From Akkermansia sp. (GTDB taxonomy: Bacteria; Verrucomicrobiota; Verrucomicrobiia; Verrucomicrobiales; Akkermansiaceae), in assembly GCA_045614585.1 (NCBI GenBank), contig JAZLDD010000072.1, positions 6,761 to 70,760 of the forward strand: a stretch of 64,000 bases of DNA, given 5' to 3'. The stretch's first letter is position 1; every line of letters begins with the position of its first letter. Below, piece after piece: positions 56,108-64,000 of the stretch. The position numbers and the translations under genes were made by a program. A model generated the notes under the pieces. The model had not been told where the DNA came from, searched no databases, and was given only the letters and a program-made list of their open reading frames with translations.

Positions 56108-58320
56108 GAGAGTTACAGGTTTATAATGGGGCTGTGCCGCAGGTGGCTCAGCAGAAGTTTGTGCAGGTGCAGGCTGCTCCGAAGGTGGAGGGACACGGCG
56201 AGGCTGTGGACCGGGCGCTTGGTCAGGCGGTCGATGCGGCAAACAAGGTGATTGATCTGCACGATTTCAGCGAGGGTCAGAAGACTGAGCTGGGACGCCG
56301 CCAGATTGCGAATGAGGCGAGCGATGCGCTGCAGGCGAAGCTTGCGCTTCCGTATGATGACGAGGAGTCTCTTTACCTGCCCGATGGTCGGCTGGACGAG
56401 AATAAGCTGAATGCTTTTGTGAATGAGTGGCAGCAGAAGTATATCGGCGTGAAGGCTGATTTCTGGCGTTCTGAGAACGCGATGAGGGATGCGTACCGCC
56501 AGCAGGATGATGCCGCCAGACTTGACCGTAGCATCCGCACGGCGGTGGTTGGGCGCGAGCTGCAGAACCGAAAGCAGTATTTCCAGGGCAACGTGGAGAT
56601 GGCTATGCTGAAGAAAGACTGGCCTGGTGCTGAGCGTGCGTACGATGATGCTCTGGCCGGAGGTATGATGACGAAGACGGAGCACCGGATTGCGCTGCTT
56701 CAGCTTCAGCAGCGCGAGGAGAAGGAGCGGCTGGCTGAGATGCGCCAGGCTGAACGGAATAATAAGTTGGCTGCTGGTGATGTGACTTTTGAGCTACTGG
56801 ATGGCATGAAGGGTGGCGCTCCTGCTGAGGTATCGGCTGCCGGTGATGTGAAGCTGACACGGGCGGCGGTGGACCCATTGGTCAATGCTAAGTTGGAAGT
56901 CCTGGAAGCAGGGCTGGATGTGGAGCGGGCTGCCAGTATAACGCTGGGTGATGGTGGTTTTTTATCTGTTGAGCTTTCGGAGTCTCCGAGTGATGTGAGT
57001 GTGTGGCAGGCGGCGCGTGCATCGCAGGGCGGGTACACGCTCAATGAGCACAGACTGGATGTGGCGCATGTTGCCGCGGCTGTGCTGAGTGATGAAAATT
57101 ATGCAGGGCTGACGGATAAGCAGCGGCGTGATGTGATTGCGCAGCGGGTGCATCTGGTTGGCGGTGCGCAGTTGTTCTTTGATGGTGATGAGGCTGCTTA
57201 TGATGGATGGATTATGAACCAGGCTGAGCAGCTGGCGGGACTGAAGGGCGTGGTGGATAAGACTGACCGGATGCTGGCCGGGTATGCTGGTGGAAAGGGT
57301 ATCGATGCTTTGCTGGATGCGGAGGTGACGGAGCAGGAGGTGCGCGATGTGTGGGAAGGTGACCGTTTGCTGGCTGATGAATCAGTGGAAGGAATCAAGG
57401 CGCGTGAGGCGCTTTACCTGAAGTACCGGGATGAGTGGGCGGCGGCAACTGGTGAGGAGCCGAGGAAGGATATTATTGCGGCTGGTGATTTGTCTGATTT
57501 CATGGAGTGGTATCAGCAGAAGGGAGGCAAGCATGACCAGCTGCGTGCATCGTTTGCGAAGGGGGTGCGCGATGTGTACCGCCAGAAGGCCATCGATGCG
57601 GTGCTGGGGCTGCGTGCGGAGCGCGTGGCGAAGCTGAGTGATGGTGCTGTGGTGGAGCTGGATGGTAAGTCCGACTGGGCTGTGGAGCAGCGTGTGATTC
57701 GCGATGCGCTGGGGCGGCCGCTGACGCGTGCTGATTATGGTACGCTGGAGGCGCTGGCACGGCAGGAGGCGGTGCTGGCAGATGCGCGCCGGCAGCGTGC
57801 TAAGTTGTATGCTGCGAAGGGTAGGGAGAGCAGCAGCAAGGTGGCGGCTTTTAATGAGGCGGAGAAGAAGGCCGCAGCAGCAGCTTTCGCTGCCGGTCCT
57901 GCGATTCCTGCGCTGGATGCTGCTATAGCTGAAGAGGCAGCGGTGCGTGCCAAGGACGCCAAGAAGAAGGAGACTGTGGCCAAGGCGCTGAATAAGCAGC
58001 TGGGGCAAGGTGTGCCGGTGCGCGCCAGATGGGATGGCAAGAAAGGGGCTGAGGCTCCAAAGGTGGTGATGCCAGCTTCGGCTTACGCTGCGATTGCCGA
58101 GAATCTGGGGGCGAAGGATGGATTTTTTGTGGTGCTTCCGGGCAGTAGTGAGCCGGTGCCGGTGGAGCCGGACAGGGAGGCAAAGGGCGTTGTGTTTAAC
58201 AAGGCGTGCATCAGCATGCTGAAAAAGGGTAAGTTCAGCAAGGCTGAGCTGGATAAGGTGGTGAATGGTGCCGCTATCAAGATGAAGTTTACTAAGGATT
58301 TTGTACGTTATGATTTCTAA
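56104..58320 (+). CDS. Internal virion (ejection) protein, helical
   Basis: Ala/Gln/Glu-rich 738 aa protein directly before the giant virion protein. Confidence 0.65.
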   Translation: MRELQVYNGAVPQVAQQKFVQVQAAPKVEGHGEAVDRALGQAVDAANKVIDLHDFSEGQKTELGRRQIANEASDALQAKLALPYDDEESLYLPDGRLDENKLNAFVNEWQQKYIGVKADFWRSENAMRDAYRQQDDAARLDRSIRTAVVGRELQNRKQYFQGNVEMAMLKKDWPGAERAYDDALAGGMMTKTEHRIALLQLQQREEKERLAEMRQAERNNKLAAGDVTFELLDGMKGGAPAEVSAAGDVKLTRAAVDPLVNAKLEVLEAGLDVERAASITLGDGGFLSVELSESPSDVSVWQAARASQGGYTLNEHRLDVAHVAAAVLSDENYAGLTDKQRRDVIAQRVHLVGGAQLFFDGDEAAYDGWIMNQAEQLAGLKGVVDKTDRMLAGYAGGKGIDALLDAEVTEQEVRDVWEGDRLLADESVEGIKAREALYLKYRDEWAAATGEEPRKDIIAAGDLSDFMEWYQQKGGKHDQLRASFAKGVRDVYRQKAIDAVLGLRAERVAKLSDGAVVELDGKSDWAVEQRVIRDALGRPLTRADYGTLEALARQEAVLADARRQRAKLYAAKGRESSSKVAAFNEAEKKAAAAAFAAGPAIPALDAAIAEEAAVRAKDAKKKETVAKALNKQLGQGVPVRARWDGKKGAEAPKVVMPASAYAAIAENLGAKDGFFVVLPGSSEPVPVEPDREAKGVVFNKACISMLKKGKFSKAELDKVVNGAAIKMKFTKDFVRYDF

Positions 58321-61300
58321 TAAGGTGTTTGAGCAGGAGGTGGGCCTGGATATGGTTGCACCTGAGTTGGGCGAATTTACTATGGCTGGAGGGATGCCTG
58401 ATTTCGGGTATGAATCCAATGTGGAGGTGGCACCGCTGCGTCTGCGTCAGAATGAGGGCGAAGCGCAGCAGCAGCTGATGCGGTTGAGTAATGCTGCGCT
58501 GGCTGCTATTGATGATGATGCACGCGAGGAGCTGGGTGATGATTATCTTTCGAGCCAGGAGGCCATGCTGGACCAGGATGGCAGCAATTATCTGATGGGT
58601 GCTGACCTTGCTAAGCTGATTGCCGGTGGTGATGCCTATGCTGCGGCTGAGAGTCTTATTGAGAAGATGCCGGAGGCTGAGCGAGAGGCTGCTCGTGCGC
58701 GTCTGAATGCCTGCGGTCAGGAGGCTGATGGATGCCGTCTGGTGGGTGAGCTGTGGCGCAAGCAGGTGCGCGGGCAGTATGCGGAGCAGCAGCGGAAGCT
58801 GCATGCTGCGGATATGATCCTGCAGAATAAGATGGATAGCTATGTGTCCGGCGAGGCTATGGCAAACGGTGAGGATGCTGCTGAGGATGCACTGAGTGAG
58901 GTGGAGATGGCGCAGCTAGCCGAGGTGATGGATAAGAAGGCGCTGGATGATGCGCACGCTGTGCGTGACTGGATGCAGACTTATGTGCGCCCGCTGGATG
59001 GCGCGAAGGATGTCGAGTACATGATGAGGAATCTGGATAGCCTGGAGGATGAGCTGTATGAGCTGATTGGCGAGGATGAGGCCCGCGCGGGGATGGCATA
59101 CCAGGCGCTGATGCGCTGGGCTGAGCAGATGCAGAAGAGTGGCAATGTTGGCGCTATGGATGAGTTTGTGGTAGCCGTGGGTAAGAAGCTGAGCAACTGG
59201 GGCCGTGCGCATCTTGCTATGCCGATGATTTCGATGGCACCGGTGGGTTCTCCTGATGCTGCGGTAAGCATGACTCCTGAGCAGGTAGCCGCGTTTAATG
59301 AGGTGCGTGCTGATTATGAGCGCAAGACTAATTCGCGCGCGATGCTGCGGGCGGCTATCAATAAGGGCATGGAGATGGGCGAGGATGTCGGTTTCTGGCA
59401 GGGCGCTGCCAGAAATGCTGCGCGTATGGCCGGTGATTCTATGCTGTACTTCCTGCCTGGTGGTGCCGGTATGGTGGCCGGTTCGCTGGATACGATACTG
59501 CGCGGGTTCACGGAGGGCTATGATGAGATGCGCCTGAATGGGCTGAGTGGTAGCGAGGCTGCAGGGCAGGCTTTTATTGATACCGGTGTGCAGACGGCGG
59601 TGGAGTTGATGCCGTGGGGCCGTATTGGTGGCAGTGGTTTGAGCGGGTTTCTGCGGAAGGCTGCGGGCAAGAGTGCCGAGAAGCCTGGTGCGTTTACGCG
59701 GTGGCTGGTGAAGCATACGCAGCAGAGTACGGTGCGCGCGCTGGTGGCGGAAGGTGTTTCCAACGTGATTGATGAGGCGATACTGGAGCCGATTGCCGGC
59801 GGACTGATGACGTATGGCGCGGAGCGGACATTTGACCTGCTGGGTGTGCCGCACGGGCCGAGCCGTGGCTGGGCTGAGAGTTTTGATGAGCTGGCGCAGA
59901 TATGGGGGGACCCGAGCCAGCTGGCTGGTCTGGTGATGTTCTCAGCCGGTATCGGAGGTGCTACTGCTCCGCGGATCCGAGAGAATGTGAAGTGGTTTGC
60001 GAGGACCCGGACGATGTGGGAGGCTGAGGGCCTGACTCCTGAGCAGGTGGATGAGGTGATGGCGAGCAAGGATATTCTGGCTGAGGGCAGCAAGCTGGTG
60101 AATGAGGGGTGGAAGAATGACCCGGCCGGCATGCGCAAGCGGATTATCGAGAATAACAAGGCTATCAAGGAGCGTGGAGAGGTGCTGGTGCTGACCGGCC
60201 AGGGAGCGATGGATTCTGCGCTGAATAATGATGTGCTGGCTCCTGCTTATGCCGGGGTTTGGCGCGCGTATGCCGACAAGGGCGTGGTGCCTTATGTGGA
60301 GGCTGCGGGCGATGGCAAGGTGCGTATCACGAAGAAGGACCGCTTTGGCAAGGGAAATGATGTTGACCTGGTGCTGAGCATGGAGGATGCTGATGCCTAC
60401 CTGATTCACGAGTTCGAGCGAGTGGAGAATGAGTGGCTGAAGGAACGGCAGCGCACGGAGGGTGTCGGCGCTGAGCGGGATAACCTGCGGGAGTTCATGA
60501 TGCACAATGTGAGCGAGGTGGCCGGTGGTGCGATGCTGCGCAAGGCCGAAGAGAAGAAGGCGGTGAACGTGGAGGATATTACACGCCACCTGCCTGCTGA
60601 GCTTGCTGCGCTGGTGAAGAAGCAGGGCGGTATCAACCGGGTGCTGGCTGAGCGTATTTCAGAATGGGCGCGTGGTATGATTGACGGCCTGATGGCGGAT
60701 GGTGCCAGTGAGGCTGATGCCCGCATGAGCCGGGATTATGCGGAGGGCGCTGTGATGAGTCTTGGCGATATGGAGGGTTTTGCCAGGAGTTTTGTGGAGC
60801 GTGGCGAGATTGGCGAGCTGGGCGAGGGTGCGCAGACTACGCTGTTCCGTAAGCGTGGCGGGATGCAGCGTATTGTGGATGGCATGAAGGTGCTGGGCAG
60901 TACGTTGTTTGGTGTGCCTGGTCGTGCCACGGCTTTCAATGTGGTGGAAGATGTAGCTGAATCCATGCTGGATGAGGTGGTGCAGGCGCGTGCGCAGGTG
61001 CTGGCCGGTGATGGGCAGATGAGCTATGCTGAGGCTGAGGGTAAGGCGTGGGGCGAGATGGCGGCGCAGGTTGCACGTGCGCGGGCTGCGGTGCTGAAGG
61101 CTGACGCGAGCGTGAAGATTCCTGTGCCGAAGGCTGAGAATAAGATGAGCGTTATCGAGGCGTTCTCTGCGATTGCTACGAGCAAGTTTATTCTGAGCAG
61201 TGCCACGCCTGGCTGGATGAAGCCGATGGTGGCTGCGCTGAAGGCTAATCTGACGGCTGCTGCTGCGGTGGATGCCATGGGTCGCGCGTGGGCTGCGGCT

Positions 61301-64000
61301 GCTGAGAGTGACCCGGATGCCGTTGGTGCGCTGGCTGATGTGCTGGAGAAGGTGGGTGTGCGCGTGGCGGATGCGCTGAGCGAGGCTCGCATTGAACAGG
61401 CTGATGTGGTGGCGTGGACTGTGGCCAGCGGCATTGTGATGAGCCATGTGAATGGGCCTGATGGCGCGGGCGGTATGCCGGTGAGCAAGGCTGTGGCGGA
61501 TGCTGATGAGGAGGAGCAGGCAATTCTGGAGCATGAGACCCCGCTGGCTGAGGAGACGGTGGAGGAGGCTAAGCAGGAGAGCGCACGTGCTGCTGAGCAG
61601 GCAGCGCGCCTGATGGAGATGCAGGCGGCGCAGGGAGCAAATGCACCGGCTGAGATGCAGGGTGTGTTTGATGGGGATAACTGTGCCTATAATGCTGCCG
61701 GTGGCTACTGGTTCGGCATGATCCAGAAGAGCAAGCTGGTGAAGTCTACCGAGCAGGTGAAGGTGGGTACCAAGGGTAAGCATGGTGTGATTGCCGGGCG
61801 TGAGCTGACTGGCAACTTCCAGGCATCTGCTGCTCCGCTGTATGTGTGGATGCGCACTAATGGCGAGCTGTGGCTGATTTCCGGCCGCCACCGATATGAG
61901 CTGATGATGCGTGATAATGGCGTGGAGTCTCACCCCTGCTATGTGTTCCGCGAAGATGCGGAGCATGATGAGAAGTGGGCGCGCATGATGGATTATGAGA
62001 ACAATATGCGCGATGACCAGGCTGATGAGCTGACCGCTGGCACGTATGTGCGTGAGACGGGTCTGAGTGACGCTGAGCTGGAGGTGCGTGGTCTGATGCG
62101 CAATGAGAGCCGTAGCAAGCGAGGTGCGCTGATTGGCCGCCATGCGCGTGAGGAGTTGTGGACCCGGTTTAGCAATGGCAAGATTAAGGCAAAGGATGCG
62201 GAGATTATCTGCAACCTGACGCGGTATATCAAGGACCAGAGCCGTGTGGATGAGATTCAGCGCCGGTGCTGTATGCTGCTGGATAATGGCAAGAGCTGGG
62301 ATTTCATTGGCGGCATGGTGCAGCTGATGGTGCAGGCCGAGCTGGAGCAGGGCCAGCAGGGGTGGTTCAACTTCGGCGCGGATTTCGAGGCTGCGCTGGA
62401 GCGGGCTGCCACCTGGATTGAGAAGGCGCTCAAAGCTGTGAATGAGAATATCGCGCTGGCTAAGAGCGGGCGTGATATGAGCGGCAAGAAGGCCGAGAAG
62501 GCGGCGCGTCTTGGTATCAGCACGAGTGCCGGCGAGGATGTGCAGCGCACGCTGCAGGATTTGCAGGTGCTTAAGGGCAAGCTGGAGCTTATTGGTAGTT
62601 ACCCGGAGCTGCGGCAGCAGGCTGAGATGTGGGATGGCGAGAGTGAGGTGGACCCGGTTGGCTGGATGCTGCAGCAGCAGGCGCTGGAGAATGAGAGCCT
62701 GGAGGCCGAGAAGGAGATGGAGGCCGAGGAGTATCTGAAGCAGCAGCAGGCTGAGGCTACGGGTGAGCTGTTTAGTATGAGCATGGGGGCAGCAGTGGAT
62801 TTGCAGACTGTGACCAATGCATGGCAAAACACTTTGCGGCGTTTTGTGGTAATGCCTCCGGCGGCAGGTACTGCTCCTTACCGAAAAGATATTGTTGTAT
62901 GCCCAACGCCTGCGGTTATGCAAATGGTGGGTGTGACGGCATGGGATATTGTAATTTCACCCAATATTCTTGTGAAATGTCTTCATAAGAATACGGTTCT
63001 TGGCAACAAAAAGAAACTGCTGGAGTATTACCCCAAGGAGAAACATGAACATGATATTGAATTATCGGAAATGATGCAGCTGCCTGCTGCTTTGGCTGAC
63101 CCTGTGTGTATTGTTGTTTCTGATACTCCTGGATGTGTTGAGGTTATTACCGAATTAAAGGAGGGAAACAAGAATGTTCTTGTCGCGGTGCAGTTAAACA
63201 GTTCATTGCCTGGACGAAACAATAACGTAAAGGTGAACCGCATAGCAAGTTTGTACGGGAAAGATAATATTGAAGCCATACTGACTCATCCTCGCTTGTA
63301 TTGGAATAAAGCAAAAGCCCGCGTCTGGATGAAGAACGGAGGGCTCCAATTGCCAACGGTTGTCCACCAGAAGCAGGCTTCTGGGCACAAGGTACTAAAA
63401 CCGGAGGATTTAGTCAAGTATAAATCGGAAAATAATTTGAGTTTTTCAGTGGTAGGCGAGAAATCAGCCAACTGGGACAAGATAAAGCATCTGGCTTTCC
63501 GCGGGCGGGATGATGGAAAGCTGCGCGTGGAACTGGATGCGAGCCAGGCGAAGGTGAAGGAGAATGTTCTTGAAAGCAAGGCCGAAATGGTATATCGCTA
63601 TCTGTTGTCGGCAGTGGATGCCAAGATGTTGTCTGCTGCTGATAATGAAACTCTATTGCTTTACGCGGATGCTTTGCGTGAGTATAAGTCCATGGCAACT
63701 GCATTGCTTGTATCAGGAAAATCGGCAAGCGAGGAGGAAATGAAGCAACTGAAGGAGTTGGCGGCTATGGCGAAAAACCGTAGTAAACCTGCGTATGATG
63801 TGCTGCATCGGTTCTTCAAGATGTATAATGTATGGCTAGAGATAAAGGAAGCCGATAATGAGTTTCATACTCCGAATGCCGGGCTGGATGTTCTTATAGA
63901 GGATTATGCCGAAGGTCGACTGTCAGAACTTGGACGTAAGAAGCTGGACGAGATTAAAGGTACTATTGAGCCCAAAACGCTGGGTGAGGTTCTTGATTTT
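58310..64000 (+). CDS. Giant polyvalent internal virion protein (3' partial, >1890 aa) with ParB-like, MuF-C-like and LPD23-like domains
   Basis: ATG 58310 (MISNKVFEQEVG); the same frame reads LWLISGRHRY near 61870, TPAVMQMVG..LPAALADP..NRIASLYGK..GLQLP at 62900-63360, FRGRDDGKLRVELD near 63500 and TLGEVLDF at the window end; absent from the ORF track, consistent with no in-window stop. Confidence 0.85.
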   Translation, partial: MISNKVFEQEVGLDMVAPELGEFTMAGGMPDFGYESNVEVAPLRLRQNEGEAQQQLMRLSNAALAAIDDDAREELGDDYLSSQEAMLDQDGSNYLMGADLAKLIAGGDAYAAAESLIEKMPEAEREAARARLNACGQEADGCRLVGELWRKQVRGQYAEQQRKLHAADMILQNKMDSYVSGEAMANGEDAAEDALSEVEMAQLAEVMDKKALDDAHAVRDWMQTYVRPLDGAKDVEYMMRNLDSLEDELYELIGEDEARAGMAYQALMRWAEQMQKSGNVGAMDEFVVAVGKKLSNWGRAHLAMPMISMAPVGSPDAAVSMTPEQVAAFNEVRADYERKTNSRAMLRAAINKGMEMGEDVGFWQGAARNAARMAGDSMLYFLPGGAGMVAGSLDTILRGFTEGYDEMRLNGLSGSEAAGQAFIDTGVQTAVELMPWGRIGGSGLSGFLRKAAGKSAEKPGAFTRWLVKHTQQSTVRALVAEGVSNVIDEAILEPIAGGLMTYGAERTFDLLGVPHGPSRGWAESFDELAQIWGDPSQLAGLVMFSAGIGGATAPRIRENVKWFARTRTMWEAEGLTPEQVDEVMASKDILAEGSKLVNEGWKNDPAGMRKRIIENNKAIKERGEVLVLTGQGAMDSALNNDVLAPAYAGVWRAYADKGVVPYVEAAGDGKVRITKKDRFGKGNDVDLVLSMEDADAYLIHEFERVENEWLKERQRTEGVGAERDNLREFMMHNVSEVAGGAMLRKAEEKKAVNVEDITRHLPAELAALVKKQGGINRVLAERISEWARGMIDGLMADGASEADARMSRDYAEGAVMSLGDMEGFARSFVERGEIGELGEGAQTTLFRKRGGMQRIVDGMKVLGSTLFGVPGRATAFNVVEDVAESMLDEVVQARAQVLAGDGQMSYAEAEGKAWGEMAAQVARARAAVLKADASVKIPVPKAENKMSVIEAFSAIATSKFILSSATPGWMKPMVAALKANLTAAAAVDAMGRAWAAAAESDPDAVGALADVLEKVGVRVADALSEARIEQADVVAWTVASGIVMSHVNGPDGAGGMPVSKAVADADEEEQAILEHETPLAEETVEEAKQESARAAEQAARLMEMQAAQGANAPAEMQGVFDGDNCAYNAAGGYWFGMIQKSKLVKSTEQVKVGTKGKHGVIAGRELTGNFQASAAPLYVWMRTNGELWLISGRHRYELMMRDNGVESHPCYVFREDAEHDEKWARMMDYENNMRDDQADELTAGTYVRETGLSDAELEVRGLMRNESRSKRGALIGRHAREELWTRFSNGKIKAKDAEIICNLTRYIKDQSRVDEIQRRCCMLLDNGKSWDFIGGMVQLMVQAELEQGQQGWFNFGADFEAALERAATWIEKALKAVNENIALAKSGRDMSGKKAEKAARLGISTSAGEDVQRTLQDLQVLKGKLELIGSYPELRQQAEMWDGESEVDPVGWMLQQQALENESLEAEKEMEAEEYLKQQQAEATGELFSMSMGAAVDLQTVTNAWQNTLRRFVVMPPAAGTAPYRKDIVVCPTPAVMQMVGVTAWDIVISPNILVKCLHKNTVLGNKKKLLEYYPKEKHEHDIELSEMMQLPAALADPVCIVVSDTPGCVEVITELKEGNKNVLVAVQLNSSLPGRNNNVKVNRIASLYGKDNIEAILTHPRLYWNKAKARVWMKNGGLQLPTVVHQKQASGHKVLKPEDLVKYKSENNLSFSVVGEKSANWDKIKHLAFRGRDDGKLRVELDASQAKVKENVLESKAEMVYRYLLSAVDAKMLSAADNETLLLYADALREYKSMATALLVSGKSASEEEMKQLKELAAMAKNRSKPAYDVLHRFFKMYNVWLEIKEADNEFHTPNAGLDVLIEDYAEGRLSELGRKKLDEIKGTIEPKTLGEVLDF

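Larger units (their letters stand above)
26295..64000. mobile_element. Temperate podovirus-like prophage (right end outside window)
   Basis: Integrase next to tRNA, CI/Cro, recombination and replication genes, terS/terL, T7-like portal, capsid and tail proteins; abrupt shift to a G/T-rich + strand. Confidence 0.93.

Noticed and set aside
60659-62923. 754-aa minus-strand ORF and similar His/Leu/Arg-rich ORFs at 26319, 33131, 34148, 57382 and 58916
   Set aside because: Shadows of biased + strand genes
26448-64000. Stop-codon recoding in the phage
   Set aside because: Genes are full length under the standard code and TAA, TGA and TAG all end plausible genes

Overview
Positions 1-26197 are an ordinary bacterial chromosomal segment (asnS, lpxK, DEAD-box helicase, pyrG, Na+/solute symporter, ftsK, RluA, Nif3, hprK, M23 peptidase, pgsA, metF). 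It is probably from an Akkermansia-like Verrucomicrobiota genome; that assignment is inferred from protein similarity as I recall it, not from a search. At tRNA-Arg(CCT) (26223-26294) a temperate podovirus-type prophage begins and runs past the window end. It carries a tyrosine integrase, an AbiC-like membrane gene, a CI/Cro switch, RecT/RecE-like recombination genes, SSB, RusA, an ASCH protein, Dam methylase, a replication initiator, a MarR-like wHTH, and T7/BPP-1-like virion genes in a scrambled order. Most notable observations: (i) a palindromic RYGTAT-N6-ATAYAT box 22-23 nt upstream of a -10 hexamer at four late transcription units, mostly with a leaderless ATG; (ii) terL and the tail nozzle gene on the opposite strand, inside a 12.2 kb segment bounded by a 14-bp inverted repeat; (iii) two degenerate tRNA-like folds in a phage intergenic region; (iv) small antisense genes with their own -10 boxes inside the early lytic region; (v) a >1890-codon polyvalent virion protein (ParB-like, MuF-C-like, LPD23-like) that the ORF track missed. 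All family calls come from motif recognition by eye.
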